From Chiloscyllium plagiosum (Eukaryota), in assembly GCF_004010195.1 (NCBI RefSeq), contig NC_057719.1, positions 69,181,845 to 69,245,844 of the forward strand: a stretch of DNA of 64,000 nt, read 5' to 3'. A program made the position numbers and the translations under genes. Numbering within the stretch: position 1 is the first letter of the stretch; each line of letters starts with the position of its first letter. The notes under the pieces are model-generated. The model did no database searches. It was not told the origin of the DNA and saw nothing but the letters and a program-made list of their open reading frames with translations. Below are positions 34,892 to 48,841 of the stretch, piece after piece.

Positions 34892-37250
34892 GTTCTCCCT
34901 TGGAAGCACAGACCCTCAATGCAGACACTTCATGTGCAGCAGGTAGGCAGCCTTGTTTCAAAGTCTTAGAGGAGTAACCTTCACTCAAGTCCATGGAAGC
35001 ACCTATCAGTCAGGGGGCCCTAATCACTGACACTAGAGAGTCCTCTCCTCCCTGAGATTGAGCAGCTGCCTAGTCCCAATGGGGTTATTGTGAGAATTGC
35101 AGTGGAATGAAGAGCTTTAGTGAGACTTGGGCACAGAGTAGAAACAATGAGATTGTGAGGTTGCAGAGAGAAGAGTGTGGCACTTACCTTGGTGCTCTGG
35201 GAAGGTCATTGACTATTTTTTTGCAGAACTACTGACCTAGTTCTGACCCAGGTTTACTGGCATGCCTTCTCTGCCAGTTCTCTGGGAAGGGGACATCTCT
35301 GCACCACCACCTTAAATGGGATGTCCAGGTCTCTGTGGGCAACTGTAGTGCAATCTTCTCCCTCTCTGACATCTTTGAGCAAAGTCCTTGACTGAACAGG
35401 GCAACTTCAAGATGCCAGTGTAAGTCTGGGAGCAGGCTGGTTTTTGAAGATGGTACAAACACAAAGGATGCTGGTCTCTTGGCGGTTATCTGCTGAGTGT
35501 TGAGTTGTTCTAGGAATGGAGCAGGAATTGGTCATGATGGACACCAGGGGGCTGAGTGGACAGTTAATGAGGTGAGAAACTCACTAGGCATTTTAGTGTG
35601 AATCCCTCCGAAAAACTCAGGACTTCCAAAGTAAAATGTAAAAATCATCCCAGTGACTCATCAGGGCATTCTGAATTTAAACTTGACGAATACCGTCATG
35701 AGTATGAGCTTGTAAATTGAGTTCTGCCCAATTTGCTACAGTGTTACAGTGCTACGGTGTGACCCCCACCTGTATCAACTCTAAGCTGGACATCCCACTC
35801 CAGATCCTGAGAACAGGATCATTTGTATAGCCAGACCAGAGATGTGACACCTGGAGCGACACATTCTTGGCACCTGTCCTGGATGGGGGGAGGGGATGGG
35901 GGCATACCGTTTGCATACCATCTGCACCACACTGACCTCCATTCAAGTCAGCTGACCCACTATCGCACGCTGCAATTGGCCTTTAGCTGACACAGGTTGG
36001 ATCTCTGCCTCTCAGTGGGAGGGATTCCTGCCCTCCAGCTGCCAGCCAATCTGATGGGCTGTTAGTTCAAGTAGCCCAAGTAGTGCCAGAATCAGTGGGC
36101 ACTACCGGGACAGTGAGGATGCCCAGAAAGAAGAGTAATGGATAGCTCCTGCCAACCCCTCTCCCTGCCTTAAGAGTGGGAATGGGAGCAAGGTGCCCAG
36201 GGAGAGTGTGGGAGGGAGTAGCTTTTGAATGTTACATGAATGGACAAGAAAGGTGGTATCATCTTGGTGAGAAGGGTTTCCTCAATGCACCCAATGTACT
36301 TACTTTTCCCACAAGAGTTTATGAAATAGCTTTATGACTCTTGACTGTCTACTCATGTAGACTATTATTCAGTGAGGACGATGTATTACTGGGGGTAATT
36401 GATTTGTTAGCTACCTCAATTGTTTGCTGATTAGCCCTTTTAAAGATAACAGTGGGTGAGGTTGCTGATTTGGTGTTTGTTACCTACTTCGTTATGAGGA
36501 TTGGATCAGAGTGGGAGGGATGTGTGATCGTTTTACATAATTTTACTTGACCTGTCACTGAAAACATACCCTGCTATGGAAGGGGGGGATGAGGGTTTCA
36601 GGAGTGAGGCGCAGTCCTATATTAATCATAAGTAAATGAACATTAACACTTTGTTATGAATAAGACTTAGGAAGCAGCAGCAATTTGCTTGTGTTGTCTA
36701 AAATAGAAATTCTGCAACGGTGAGCTAATCTTCTTTGGGCTCTGACATTGAGTAGATTACTGATTCAGGTCAAACACAAAGAATGCAGGTCACTGAGCTT
36801 TCACTTTGTCGCCAGAGGTGTGAAAGTTCTCGCAGGTTTATTACTTGTAGTGAGCTTTGACCTCAACATTTAAAAACGTCTTGTCACTTGATACAAAGCA
36901 AAATATTGTGGATTCTGGAAATTTGAAACAGGAACAGAAAAATATCAAAATAAAGAACTGTTCTAGTAGGACTTCAGTGACTGTAAGTTGTTGTTTGAAA
37001 AGTCACAAAAAGTCCATGGGTCCCTGTAAATACAATGAAACGTAAGCTACTGACTAAAATATCCCAGTTCTGTTGCTTGCAAGTTATTTAATATGAAACT
37101 GTGGATTTTTACGTAAGTTTCAAGAAGCAGTACAGATGATGACGTTTTCGGGCTATTCTTATTCTGTCAAAGGGAATTTATATAATATTGTATTTTGTTT
37201 ATCATTTATTTTAAAATGGAATGAAGTTTATCATGTGTTTCTATTTTCAG

Positions 37251-37392
37251 TCGAGAAGAGTACACAGTATTCAGAAACATTCTGACATTGTGAAAGGAAG
37301 ACAACTAATAGGTCATTTGTGAAAAGGTTAAGCAGTTATCTTCTGATTCCAAACAAGCAGTTTCTGTGGAAGAAGTAGTTGTGCCCCACAAG
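37251..37392 (+). pseudogene. Exon with internal frameshift (SRRVHSIQKHSDIVKGRQLIG / ICEKVKQLSSDSKQAVSVEEVVVPHK)
   Basis: Acceptor TTTCTATTTTCAG, donor AAG|GTAAGC; 142 nt; TGA at 37320 in the entry frame, while the exit frame is open to the donor. Confidence 0.55.
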
Positions 37393-37639
37393 GTAAGCCA
37401 TTCATATTTTATTTTCTTTGCAGACGGGTTTTGTGTAAACAGCTGCTAATTTAATTTTTTAGCAAATTAAATCATAGACCAAACCAGACCCTTTGATTTT
37501 CTAGAATATCATTGGCTCAATTTTTGATGACTTAACATAAATAGGTTTCAAATGTTTAAGAGCAAAGTTAATACTACCAGAATAGTGAAGTGCAACTGGT
37601 ACTCACATTTCTTGTCCTTTTGTTTTGGTCAGGTGATTT

Positions 37640-38260
37640 ATTCTTTCTGAGATGTGAGGACCACTAGCTGGGTCACCATTTATTACCTATTCCTACTTGC
37701 CCTTGAGAAGGCAGTCGTGAGCTGTCTTCTCGAACTGCAGCAGTGAACGTACTGTAGCACACCCACAATAATGTAAGGGAGTTCCAGGTTTCTTTTCACC
37801 CAACGACAGTGAAAGAAAGGTGATACAGTTCCAAGTCAAGGTGGTTTAGAGGAGAAAATGTAGCCCCACCCTTCTAGCTGTAGAGATATCATGGGTGTGA
37901 AACTTGCTGTGATAGGAGCCTTGATCAGTTGCAGTACATCTTATATATGGTACACACTGACACCACTGTGCATCAGTATTGGAGTGAGTGCATGTTTATA
38001 GTGTTGGATGGAGTGTCAATAGAGTGAGCTGCTTAGGACTGGATGGTGTCAGGTTTCAAGAATGTTGGCAGAACTACACTCATTTACAAGTGGAGAATAT
38101 TCCATCACATTCCTAATTTGTGCCTTGCAGATGGTGATTAGGCTTTTGGGAGTCAACAGATGAACACTTTCCATGGAATTGCCAGGCTGTGCTTGTAGTC
38201 GCTGTATTTATAGGACTGGTCCACATAATTTTCATATCTATGATAAGCTGCAGAAAATTG
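37640..38260 (-). mobile_element. Second LINE family (CR1/L2 group) 3' fragment
   Basis: Its reverse complement ends in the GGGCAATAAATGCTGG...CCCACATC-type tail also seen at ~31150 and ~47170. Confidence 0.6.
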
Positions 38261-38717
38261 ATAGTGTATTAAGTGTCTAACATTCAACATTCTAAAAGAG
38301 TCTTGAAATGGTTCCATTCTGTTTGTGATGACTGTTCTAATGTTGCAATAATATCAGCTTAATAGTAACATTCTTGTCTCTAGTTAGTAGGTTATAGATT
38401 CGAATCTCAGTCTCGGCTTGAAATTTAGTGTAATGCTGAGGGTGGACTCCAAAGTTCTAAGGAGAAGATAAACCAAGGCCTTATATCTTGAGGTGAATTT
38501 AAAAGATTCCATCCATTTTTATTTATGAGCAGGAAATTGATATAAAAATAGATAAGTGAATCATACAACTCAAAGCAACCACTGGCCCATTGACTCTTTG
38601 ACAGAGTCATCTACAGAGATGGATTTCAGAACTCTGTTATCACTCGCCATGCAAACCCTATAAAATTTCTAAGTCCTGATTTTAAATTTCTTCTTTGTTT
38701 TTACTTTTGGTTCCCAG

Positions 38718-39066
38718 ACCCTGAAGGACAGACTACAATATTTGCTGAATGAAGAATCCAATGATCGGGAAGAAAAGGAAGTATGTCTAAAATCTTTACA
38801 TCATCTATTCCAAGTATGTTCTTCTCAATCATCTCACAACAATAAAAGCAAACCTGATTTTAAACTTGATTTCCCTGCAGATTTATATTTTAATCTAGGA
38901 GAAAATAGCTCACGATTCATCTCTGTAGTCAAACCTGCACTCCACTCAAACGTCAGCATTTAGTGAAGGTCTCATTAAATATCAACAAATGTCTCCCCAA
39001 GCTGTATCTAATGAAGAATTGGAACATATTCAGAAACTTACCTATCAAAATGTGACACCAAATAAG
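38718..39066 (+). pseudogene. Exon with internal frameshift (TLKDRLQYLLNEESNDREEKEVCLKSL... / ...SAFSEGLIKYQQMSPQAVSNEELEHIQKLTYQNVTPNK)
   Basis: Acceptor TTTTGGTTCCCAG; 81 open codons then TAG 38961-38963; the +1 frame is open to donor AAG|GTATAT; 349 nt. Confidence 0.55.
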
Positions 39067-42000
39067 GTATATAACAGCAAATGTTTGAAGATGCCTGTGT
39101 ATGCGATGATTGTCAATCATTAATTATTGTCAATTTTCGAGTCAACATAAAAATGTTGCTTATTTGTGATGATTAGGTTTAAAACTATCTAATTCTTTCC
39201 TGGTCTGGTTTTGGGTAGTATGTTACAATGGCACAAAACAGCTAGACCAGTGTGGGCAGCATGCAATGATCAAAGAAACTGTTAGAGTGTTTAAGAGAGT
39301 TGATATATTTTGGGGAGTAGGGTCTGGAGCAAGGTCAAAAGACAGTGCCTGTTCAGCTAGAATTAAGGATGCCTAGGATCATAGTAATGCCAGTAGGTAT
39401 AAAATTTAACGGAAAGAAAGTAATTGAAAGCAAATAGCTCTGAAATTGGTAGTCAAAGGAACTAAAAGCAAGCATTCTTATCAAGGTAGAAGGCATGGCT
39501 GAAGTGCTGAATGAATAGTTTGGATTTGATATAGAAATAATGCAGCAGGAAAGGAAGAAACAGTAGCCACATTAAATATGACTTTAAAAATATATAAACA
39601 GCAGATAGTGACAAAGGTTAGCAGTCCTTAAAATAGAAAAGTTAGCTGTCTGGGTGGCACTATCCTAAGTAACTGAGAAAAATAATAGTTGAAATTGTGG
39701 AGATTTTGGTCAAAACCTCCAGTTTTCCTTGAATAAGGAGTTGGTGTCAAAGGATTGGAGGATTGTCAAAGCTTTACTCTTTTGTCACCAAGACACTTAT
39801 GAACCGGGCAGGCTAGTTGGATAATGCTGCTGGTGGGGAAACTTTTACAGATAATCTGAGAATAAATTAATTTGTGTTTGGGAAAATTATGAGCTTTACC
39901 TGAAAGTCAGCATTTTTTTGAGTAACTTGATTATGTTCTTGGAAAGAGAATTAGTTAAGAGACTTTTGAGAGAAAGCATTTTATGCTTTTATGGACTTTT
40001 GGAAGGAACTTGACCGAGTATCAATATTAAAACTTGCTAGCAATATTTAAATCTTGTGGAATTACAGGCACAGTGGCAACATGGATGCAAAACTGACCAA
40101 GTGGCTGAAATCAGAGTAATTGAGTGTTTTCTTTAAAACTAGAGAGAGGTAACCCAGGTATCTGCATTAATATTCTCTGGTCACTAGCTTGCACATAAGT
40201 ACATGGCATAATATCAAAGTGTGCAGATAACACAAAACTCTGAATGAGGGGAATAATGATTAACCTGTAGAGAGGATGAGCAAACTGAACATTGCACCAT
40301 TTAAGAGTGGGGAGAAAAGAGAAATGTAGTAATAATTGGGGATAATATAGTCAGGAGAAGAGACACTGTTCTTTGTGGCCAGGATCAAGAGTCCCAAAGG
40401 CTGTACCCAGGTTCCAGAAATCCCATCTCGGCTGCAGAGGAACTTTGAGTGAGAGGGGAGAGATCCAGTTGTCATGGTCCACATTGGTACCAACAAAAGA
40501 GGAAAGAGGTCCTACTGAGGGAATATGAGCAACTAGGGGCTAATTTAAAAAGCAGAACCAAAAAAGTAATAATCTTAGTATTGCTACCTTAGCCATGAGC
40601 TAATTGGCACAAGATTAACGAGATTAAAGATATAAACATGCGGTTTAAAGATTGGTGTGGGAGAAATGGGTTAGAATCCATGGGATATTGGCACCAGTAC
40701 TGAGGAAGGAGGGAGCTGTTCAGATGGGATGGGCTCCACTTAAATCACATTGGCAGCAGAAATCTGGTGAATTGCGAAAGTAGTTAGGGCTTTAACTAAA
40801 TAGTGGAGGTAGGGAGGGCAGTTGCATAGAAAATTATGGAAAATATTAAAGGGGAGGAGAGCTCAGCAGAGGTTAGTAAGTTTCCAGAATAAGAGAGTAT
40901 AGAAAGAGTCAGGAGTAAAATTTCAGGCACGGCAGCTAAGGGACAATATGAGAAGGGGGAGTATATATTCAATGCAGGACATAGGATATTGTACTGAAAT
41001 ATACACAGTATATGAAACAAGGTAAATGGTAGTGCAGATTGAAATTGGTGAGCATGGTTTTGTGGGCATCAGAGATTTGGCTACAAGGGGATCAAGGCTG
41101 GGAACTTAATATGCAAGGATATGCAGCGTATCGAAAGGATGGGTGGAAGGGACAGGGTTGTCTTGTTAGTAAAAAATGAAATTAAATCAGTAGCAAGAAG
41201 GGTGAAAAGATGTGTAATCTGTGTAGAACAATTGAGGAACTGTAAAGGAAATATATATCCTGACAGCAGTTATGTACCAGTTTGCTTGCAGTAGTCAGAA
41301 TGTGGCGCAGAAAACATGCCAAGAGATAGAAAAAGCTTGTAAGAAAGGCACTATCACAATAATCATGGCAGACTTTAGTACGCAGGTAAATTTGGAAAAA
41401 TCAGGTTGGTAGCGGAATTCCAAGAAAAGGAATTTTTGGAATACTACAAAATGGTTTTTTTTGGAACAACTTGTCATCAAGCCCACTAGGGAACAAGTAA
41501 TTCTAGATTTGGCGATGTGTAAAGAGGCAGACTTGATTAGGGAGCTTAAGTTGAAGGAACTGCCTAGGGGGCAGTGACCATAATATGATAGAATTCACCC
41601 GGCAGTTTCAGAGGGAAAGTCTGGAATTAGATGCAATGGGATCCTAATTGAATAAAGGTAAATACAAAGATATGAGTGAGGATCTAGACAGTGTTGATTT
41701 GAAGGAGGAGCCTAGCAGGGAAGATGGTGGAATAATAATGGCAGGAGCTTCTGGGGGTAATTCAGGGGCATAACAGAAATTCAATCCAAGGAAGAAGAAC
41801 CGTACCAAGGGGAGGATGAGGCAACCGTGGCCAACAAGGGAAGTCAGGAAAGCACAAAAGCCAAAGAATAGCATATGATGTGGTGAAGATGAGTGGGAAG
41901 CCTTTAAAAACCAGAAAAGGACATTAAAAAAACAAAGGGGGGAGAATATGAAATGAGGATGAGCTAGTTAGTAATATAAAAGAAGAGTACAAGAGGTAAT

Positions 42001-42496
42001 TTTAAAATATATAAAAAGTAAGAAAGAGGCAAGAGTGAACATTGGACTGCAGGAAAATGAGAGTGGAGAAGTAGAGGAACAGAATAGGTACTTTGCATCA
42101 TGGTGGATGACACCAGCAGCAGACCAGAACTACAGGAGAGTCAGGGGCAGAGGTGAGCGTAGTGGCCAACACTAAAGAGAGGGAAGCTGAAAGGTCTAAA
42201 ATTGAATAAGATAGATTACACCCCAGGGGTCTGAAGGAGATAGCTGAGCAGTGTGTCGAGGCATTGGTAGTGATCTTTCAGGAATCACTGGGGTCAGGGA
42301 GAATCCCAGAGGACTGGAAGATGGATGATGTAACATCCCTGTTTAAGAAGGGAGAGCGGCAAAAGATGGGAAATCATAGGCTTGTTAGCCTGATCTTTGT
42401 CTTTAGGAAGATTTTAGAGTCCATTATTAAGGATGAGATTGAGGAGTAGTTGAAAGAAAACAGTAAAATAGGGCTGAGTCCATACAGCTTCATCAA

Positions 42497-43135
42497 GGCA
42501 TACAATTCAAAGCTTTCAGTACAAGCTGGTAAAGAAAGCATGTGGGATGCTTGCTTTTAATAGACAGGGCATAGAATATAGGAGCAAGGAAATCTTGTTA
42601 CAACTTTATAAAATTGGTTAGGCTACAGATTGAATACTGTGTGTGTAGTTCTGGTATCCACACAATCGGAAGGACATGATTAGACTGCAGAGAGTGCAGA
42701 GGAGATTCATGGATGTTAGCCAGGATGAAAAGTCTCAGTTATGAGGAGACATGGAGTAGGCTGGAGCAGAGGAGGCTGAGGGGGGATCTAATTGAGGTAT
42801 ATAGAGGCATAGACAGAGTAGATCATGAGAACCTTTTCCCCACAGCAGATGTGTCTGGAGGGCACAAGTTTAGGGTGAGGAGCAGATGATTTAGAGTCAA
42901 TGTGAGAAAAAAATTCCTTTCACCCAGAGGGTGGGAGAGAAATGAAATGTGTTGCCTGAACGGGTGGTGGAGGCAGGTACTCTCACAACATTTAAGAAGC
43001 ATCTGGATAAGCAGTTAAAATGCCAGAGTACAGCAGGCTATGAACCAGGTGTATGGGGTTAGCGTAGTTTTATGTATAATGGTTGGCGTAGATGTGGTGG
43101 GCCGAAGGGCCTGTTTCAATGCTGTATGATTCTAA
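42497..43135 (+). mobile_element. Nested CR1 3' fragment
   Basis: Interrupts the host between CATCAAGG and GGTAGGTCATGCCTGACAAAT; has its own 3'UTR ending CTGTATGATTCTA. Confidence 0.8.
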
Positions 43136-44105
43136 GGGTAGGTCATGCCTGACAAATCTTTTAGATTTTTTTGAGGTGATAATAAGCAGGTTAGATAAGG
43201 AGAGTCAGTGGTTATGATTCATTTGGATTTCAGGAAGGATTTTGACAATATGCCACATAGCGGGCTGTTAAATGAGATAAGACCCTGTGATTTTAGGTGC
43301 AGGGTACTGTCATGGATAGAGGATTGGCTGGCAGAAGGCAGAGAGGGGGATAAATGGGTCTTTTCAGGATGTGACCGGTGACTAATGGAATTCCAAAGGG
43401 GTCCATGTTCAGATCATAATTTTTCACAATACGGTGTTAACAATCTGGATGAAGGAACTGAGAGTACTGAGAGTTGTGAAATTTGCAGGTGAAGCAAAGA
43501 TAGGTGGAGGGATAGGTAGTTTTGAGGAAGCAGGGAGGCTGCAGAAAAATCTGGACAGGCCAGCAGGGTAGGCAAAGAAGTGGCAGGTGGAATTCAGTGG
43601 GGGGAAATTGAGAGATTATGCACTTTGGAAGGAAGACTAGAGCAATAGGCAACTTTCCCAAATGGGGAAGGGCTTTGGAAAACTGAAACCCAAAGAGACT
43701 TGCGAGTCCTTGTTCAGGATTCTCTTATAGTTTACATGCAGGTTCAGGTGGCACTTAGGAAGGTAAATACAATGTTAGCATTCATTTTGAGAGGGCTAGA
43801 ATACAAGAGGAGGATGTACTGCTGAGGCTGTATAAGGCTCTGGTCAGACAACATTGAGGATATTGTGAACAGTTTTGGACCCTCTTTCTGAGGAGTGATG
43901 TGCTGGCCTTGGAGTTGGTCCTGAGGAGGTTTGCAAGTATGATCCTGGGGATGAAGGGCATGTCATAAAAGGAGTGGTCTGTACTCAAGGGAGAATCTGA
44001 TTGAAAATTACAGAATACTGAGAGATCTGGATAGAATGGACATGGAGAAGATGTTTCAATTAGTAAGCGAGACTAGAACCCTAAGGCACAGCCTCAGAGT
44101 GAAGA

Positions 44106-44784
44106 TGTGACAATACAATGGCTTTAAAAGGCGTATTTTAGCCTGTTTTTTTTAAATGAAGAGAGGTTGAAACAGAAGTGCTGAGTGGTCCGTTGCAAGC
44201 CAATAAAGTAGACAGCTTGTGACACCTTGGGGTTTTTTCCTTTTTAAAAAAAAATTGGAACAAGAGAAGCAGCAGGAATGGGTGGAGTCAGACTCCCACG
44301 GAACCAGGGTTTTAGTTTAGCTTTCAGTAGTTGGGGTTTGAAGTTGCCAATCATCTTTCCCTTCTTAAAAAAGTAATTGTGTTCTCTCTCTCTCTCTCTC
44401 TTTGTCAGAATTTTCTCTTGATGTTCTTTATTCCTGCACTGGAGAAACATTGCATATGAGACAATCTATTTTACTGAATTTGTTTTTGCCAAGTGTGTGT
44501 TTGTGGGCTGTTACTATTTTGGAACAGATGCTGTTTAGTAGTTAAGTAATCTGTTATTCTGTTAAGTTTTCCAGTAGAGCTAAAGTTAGACCAATTCTTC
44601 TTTCCTTCATTTGTATTTTAACTGTAGAGTAACAATAAAGTGTGTTTTGCTTAAAGCCATTTTGTATAACCAATCAAATTGCATGTGACAGAAAGCACCT
44701 TACACTTACCTTTAAATAAGAACATTTTAGGATCCAGGCTTTGTTCTTGATATATTTGAAGGGGATTTGGTCTGGCCCATAACA
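44106..44784 (+). mobile_element. Solo LTR, 679 bp
   Basis: TGTGACAATAC...GGCCCATAACA termini; flanks AAGA/AAGG; AATAAA at ~44634; interrupts a collinear CR1. Confidence 0.78.
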
Positions 44785-46919
44785 AAGGAATGACTCTTTA
44801 GAACTGAGAGGAGGAATTTCATGATCCAGATGATGAATCTATGGAATTCAATGCCCCAGAAAGCTGTGGCAGCCAAGTCAGTGTATTTAAGTCAAATAGA
44901 TAAGTCCTTGATTAGTAATGGATTAAAGTTTATGGGGGAAAGGAGGATAATTTGATTAAGAAAGGTATCAGCCATGTTTGAATGGTCAAGCAGATTCAAT
45001 GGGCTGAAGGACCTAATTCTGCTCCGATACCTTATGGTCATGTAGTCGAACTTCACGAGGACATGGGATGAGTAGGATAGCTGCATGTAAATTGACATTT
45101 AATGCAAAAAAATTATGTTTGGTTAAAATAATGAGAGACAATATGAATGAAATGATATAAGTTAAAGAGAGCATAGAACCTAGTGAGACTATATGTACAC
45201 ATCTTTGAAAGTGACCGGACAAGTTGGGAACTTTTTTTAAAAAGAAAAATGAATACTAGATTGTATTAAGAGGAATAGAGAAAAAATGCCATATTTAGAG
45301 AATTGCGTTCAGTTCTAGGCACCACACTATGATAAATATCAAGGTCTTTGTCAGGATACAGAAGAGATTTGCTACAATGATACCTGGTTATATGGAAAAT
45401 CTCCAGGTTGAGGAGATTTGATGGAGATGATTCAGAATCATGAATGATTTTAGTAAGTAAGTAGAGAAAATTTGTTCCTAATGGCATCAGGGTTTATAAT
45501 CATAGTGTAGTCAAGCGACCATTAGCCCAAAATTGAACATTTTAAGTTGGCTCACAGCTGGAGAAATTGCGTTGAACAGATATTTGGCCAAACCAAATTA
45601 AAGAGCAGCCAGCAGCTATTGACTACAGGCAATAGGAGAAATGAAGGTCAATAAGATTACTAAGGTTCAAGGGGAACCAGTTACAACCAGCCCAAGGACT
45701 GTGTATTAGAGAAGTGTCGATCAGACTTTCTGGCACCTTGACTGCCTGAGTATGTTCAGTTTACCCCTCCCGACATGGAAAAAGTGAAGAGTGTTGGCGC
45801 GGCCCCATTAGATAATTTGAACACAACTCATAACATCATTGGTCAGAGGCCACAGAACAGTCTGGAAGACCCAGTCGAGGGGGGGGGGTAAAAAAAACAC
45901 GTACCTGGAAATCACCCCTTCAGCAAAGACTCATAGAAAAGTCTTGACTTGGTCTAGCAGCAGAGCTCTGACCACCTGGAGGGAGGGGAGAGAGAAGATC
46001 CACCATGATCTGCAAAACCCACCTTTGTGGAAGAGAGCCAGCCCAGGAAGGAGATTCCAATGGCCCAGCTCAAATACATGGATCACTGCAAGTGATATCC
46101 TTTCTCAGATGGTTGTAGCTAGATGGAGAATAAATACTGTGGGAATTTAGGAAAAGTTGACATGATGTTTTAATAAAGAATATTTGTTAAGAGTTTAAAA
46201 GGTGTTTAGATAAGTACATGAATGAAAAGTTTGGAGGGATATGGGCCAGGAGCAGGCAGGCAGGATTAGTTTAGTTTGGGATTATGTGTGGCATAGGCTA
46301 GTTGGACTGAAGGGTCTGTTACCACGCTGACTCTAACCCTAAGAGTTGAACCGCATATGGAATCCTGTCACTTTATCCACCTCACCGATCAGTGCTTGGG
46401 TAAAGTGTTTTTAATACTTAAACTGGTTGATGTGTCCAGAGCATGGACAATGAGAGAATGCAGACTTAAACTGTTTGACAAAAGAATTGGAGGCAACATG
46501 AATCATTTTTATACACAGCAAGTTCTTGTGATCTGGAATGCGCTATCTGAAAGCTTGGGGCAATCCAGATTTGATAGTATTATTATAAAAGAATTAAATA
46601 TGCCCATTTGAAGGGATAACAATTACAGGGCTACAGGAAAAGTAGATGGAAGGATGGAATCAATCAAACATTTTGACCAAAGACCCAGCACACGTATGAT
46701 GAGCCAACTCGCTTTGTTTTGTGCATTCCATGATTTTGTGAAATTATTCAAAATAAAACAAAACTTTAACATTCTCATAATATTCCAATGCACTTTATAG
46801 CTAATGTTAGTGCTGTAAAAGTATATTCAATATTAGATTTGTTGTGCATATAAATGACTCCACTGATCTCTGTGAATATTGATTTGAATTATTTTATGTT
46901 CACCTGAATCCGGGGACCT

Positions 46920-47225
46920 AGATAATATTCTGGGGAACTGTGCTCATATCCTGTCCTGGCAGATGTGGAATTTGAATTCAATAAAAAAAATCTAGAATTG
47001 AGTCCAATAATGACTTTTAAACTGTTGCCAATGAAAGGGGAAAAAACCATCAGATTCACTAATGTCCTTCAGGGTAACACATTGTTGTCCTGGCCCAGTC
47101 TGCCCTATGTGTGACTCCAGACCCACAGTGAAATGGTTGTCTCTTAACTGCCATTTGTGCAGTTAGGGATGGGCAATAAATGTTGGTCTGGCCAGCAATG
47201 CCCACATCCTGTGAATGAATAAAAA
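46920..47225 (+). mobile_element. Second SINE-like family sharing a LINE tail
   Basis: GTGACTCCAGACCCACAG...GGGCAATAAATGTTGG...GAATGAATAAAAA; related copy at ~31045-31200. Confidence 0.55.
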
Positions 47226-48540
47226 TAATGGAATGAATGGCCATTATTAAGATTTTGGTACTTGTGAATCCAGGCACCAGCTAGAAAACTTTGGCTAGAC
47301 TGTGTAACATTTGGCCTGATGTCCAGAAATTCCACCATCATCTGCACTAAGGTAAAAGCTACAGACCTTTGGAATAAAATCAACCTTGTGCAATGAAGCA
47401 ATAAACTTTTGATTGAATGGCTTTGAAATAATGTGCTTCTGGTTTTTCTGAAGTAATTTGGTAAGTTCATTTGGGTAAAATCTGAGGCAAAATTTCCAGC
47501 AAACAAATGTTTAGGGAGCATTAGGAGTATTGAAATACATTGTGGGTAATTCTACAGTGGAAATCTTTGCATTATATATATTCAGTCTATTTGCTGAGGA
47601 TTAATCTATATTTTATTTCAGTGATCACTCTTATTTAAAATTACTCAAATGGTTTTCACCTTCATCCTGCTAAATCCTGAAAAATAATTGGAATGTCAAT
47701 AGATATCCACAAGAAAAGGTTAAATGGTTAATGTACACATAAACTTAATAGTTCACAAATCGTTGATGATCATTGATTTTGAAACCGGTCTGCTGATCGC
47801 AACTGATGCTGTCTCGCACAACATCAGGTCACTGAATGTTGCCATGGATTACTTTAAACCTAATAAAAATAGAATCAGGACAATCCGTTAAACATATCTG
47901 GGTTATATTGTACTAAGCTTGATTTCCCTTTAGCTTAGAATAAAGATAAAATTAATGGATGATCACAGTGATAGAATTCCTCTATTAGGCTTGAATAACT
48001 TTGCCAAATGAAAATGAGAGATGGCTGCAGTGTTTTATGTTTCACGTTGCATCAGTATTTGTGTAACAATAGTCTTCCATTTGAGGCTTGATATTGTGAT
48101 TAGCAGCTTAATGGTGACACTCGCCATTGAGTTCAAAAATGGCTTTCTGCAAAGATCTGTTGATGTTTATGATGTGGAGTTCCACTTTTCCCAATGTGGG
48201 TTTGAATCTAGCTCCGATTCAAGGAAACCTTAACATCGAGCGGGAGAGAGGATTTTATTCAGGTGCAGCAAGCAGCCATATTGGAGAATTCTCACAGACT
48301 AGGAGGTAAATTGCACTGTGAACTGATTAAATTTGTGAAAAGTAGTGAAAGAGATTGGTGCATACCCTGGGATCAAGATAACAGTTGAAATATCATAGTT
48401 AAATTGAAAATAGAATTGTATTACTTTAAAGAAGTTGTAGAGGGGGATTTATGATAACGGAAGTTGCTGTGAAAATCCCAGCATCATCAATTAGGCCAGC
48501 ATTTGTTGTTTGAGACAGTCATGGCTATAGTGACTGTTAC

Positions 48541-48838
48541 TTAAAATGTGTTGCTGGAAAAGCGCAGCAGGTCAGGCAGCATCCAGGGAACAGGAGAATC
48601 GACGTTTCGGGCATAAGCCCTTCTTCAGGAATGAGGAAAGTTTGTCCAGCAGGCTAAGGTAAAAGGTGGGGAGGAGGGACCTGGGGGAGGGGCATCGGAA
48701 ATGCGATAGGTGGAAAGAGGTCAAGGTGAGGGTGATAGGTCAGACTGGGGTAGGGGCGGAGAGGTCAGGAAGAAGATTGCAGGTTAGGAAGGCGGTGCTG
48801 AGTTCGATGGATTTGATTGAGACAAGGTGGGGGGAGGG
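48541..48838 (-). mobile_element. Penelope-like (Neptune-type) 3' end with family A hammerhead (48597-48632)
   Basis: AUUC-CUGAAGA-A-GGGC UUAU GCCC-GAAA-CG-UC-GAUU; pyrimidine-rich UTR like 59345-59560; near-TSD GACTGTTAC/GACTGTAAC. Confidence 0.82.
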
Positions 48839-48841
48839 GAC

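Larger units (their letters stand above)
40290..45045 (+). mobile_element. Near full-length degenerate CR1 with SGNH-esterase ORF1 and ORF2 remnants
   Basis: VVIIGDNIVR, VHIGTN and DGLHLN (SGNH blocks) at ~40320-40750; endonuclease and RT motifs follow; nested CR1 and LTR. Confidence 0.85.

Noticed and set aside
45505..46195. Possible third solo LTR
   Set aside because: TG start and AATAAA are present, but no definable CA end, TSD or second copy
47622..47718. Downstream exon candidate
   Set aside because: Stops in all three frames and a weak donor
47763..47835. C/D-box snoRNA (TGATGA...CTGA)
   Set aside because: Weak terminal stem, imperfect C box and no rRNA complement I could recognise; such boxes arise by chance (likewise 18090-18189)
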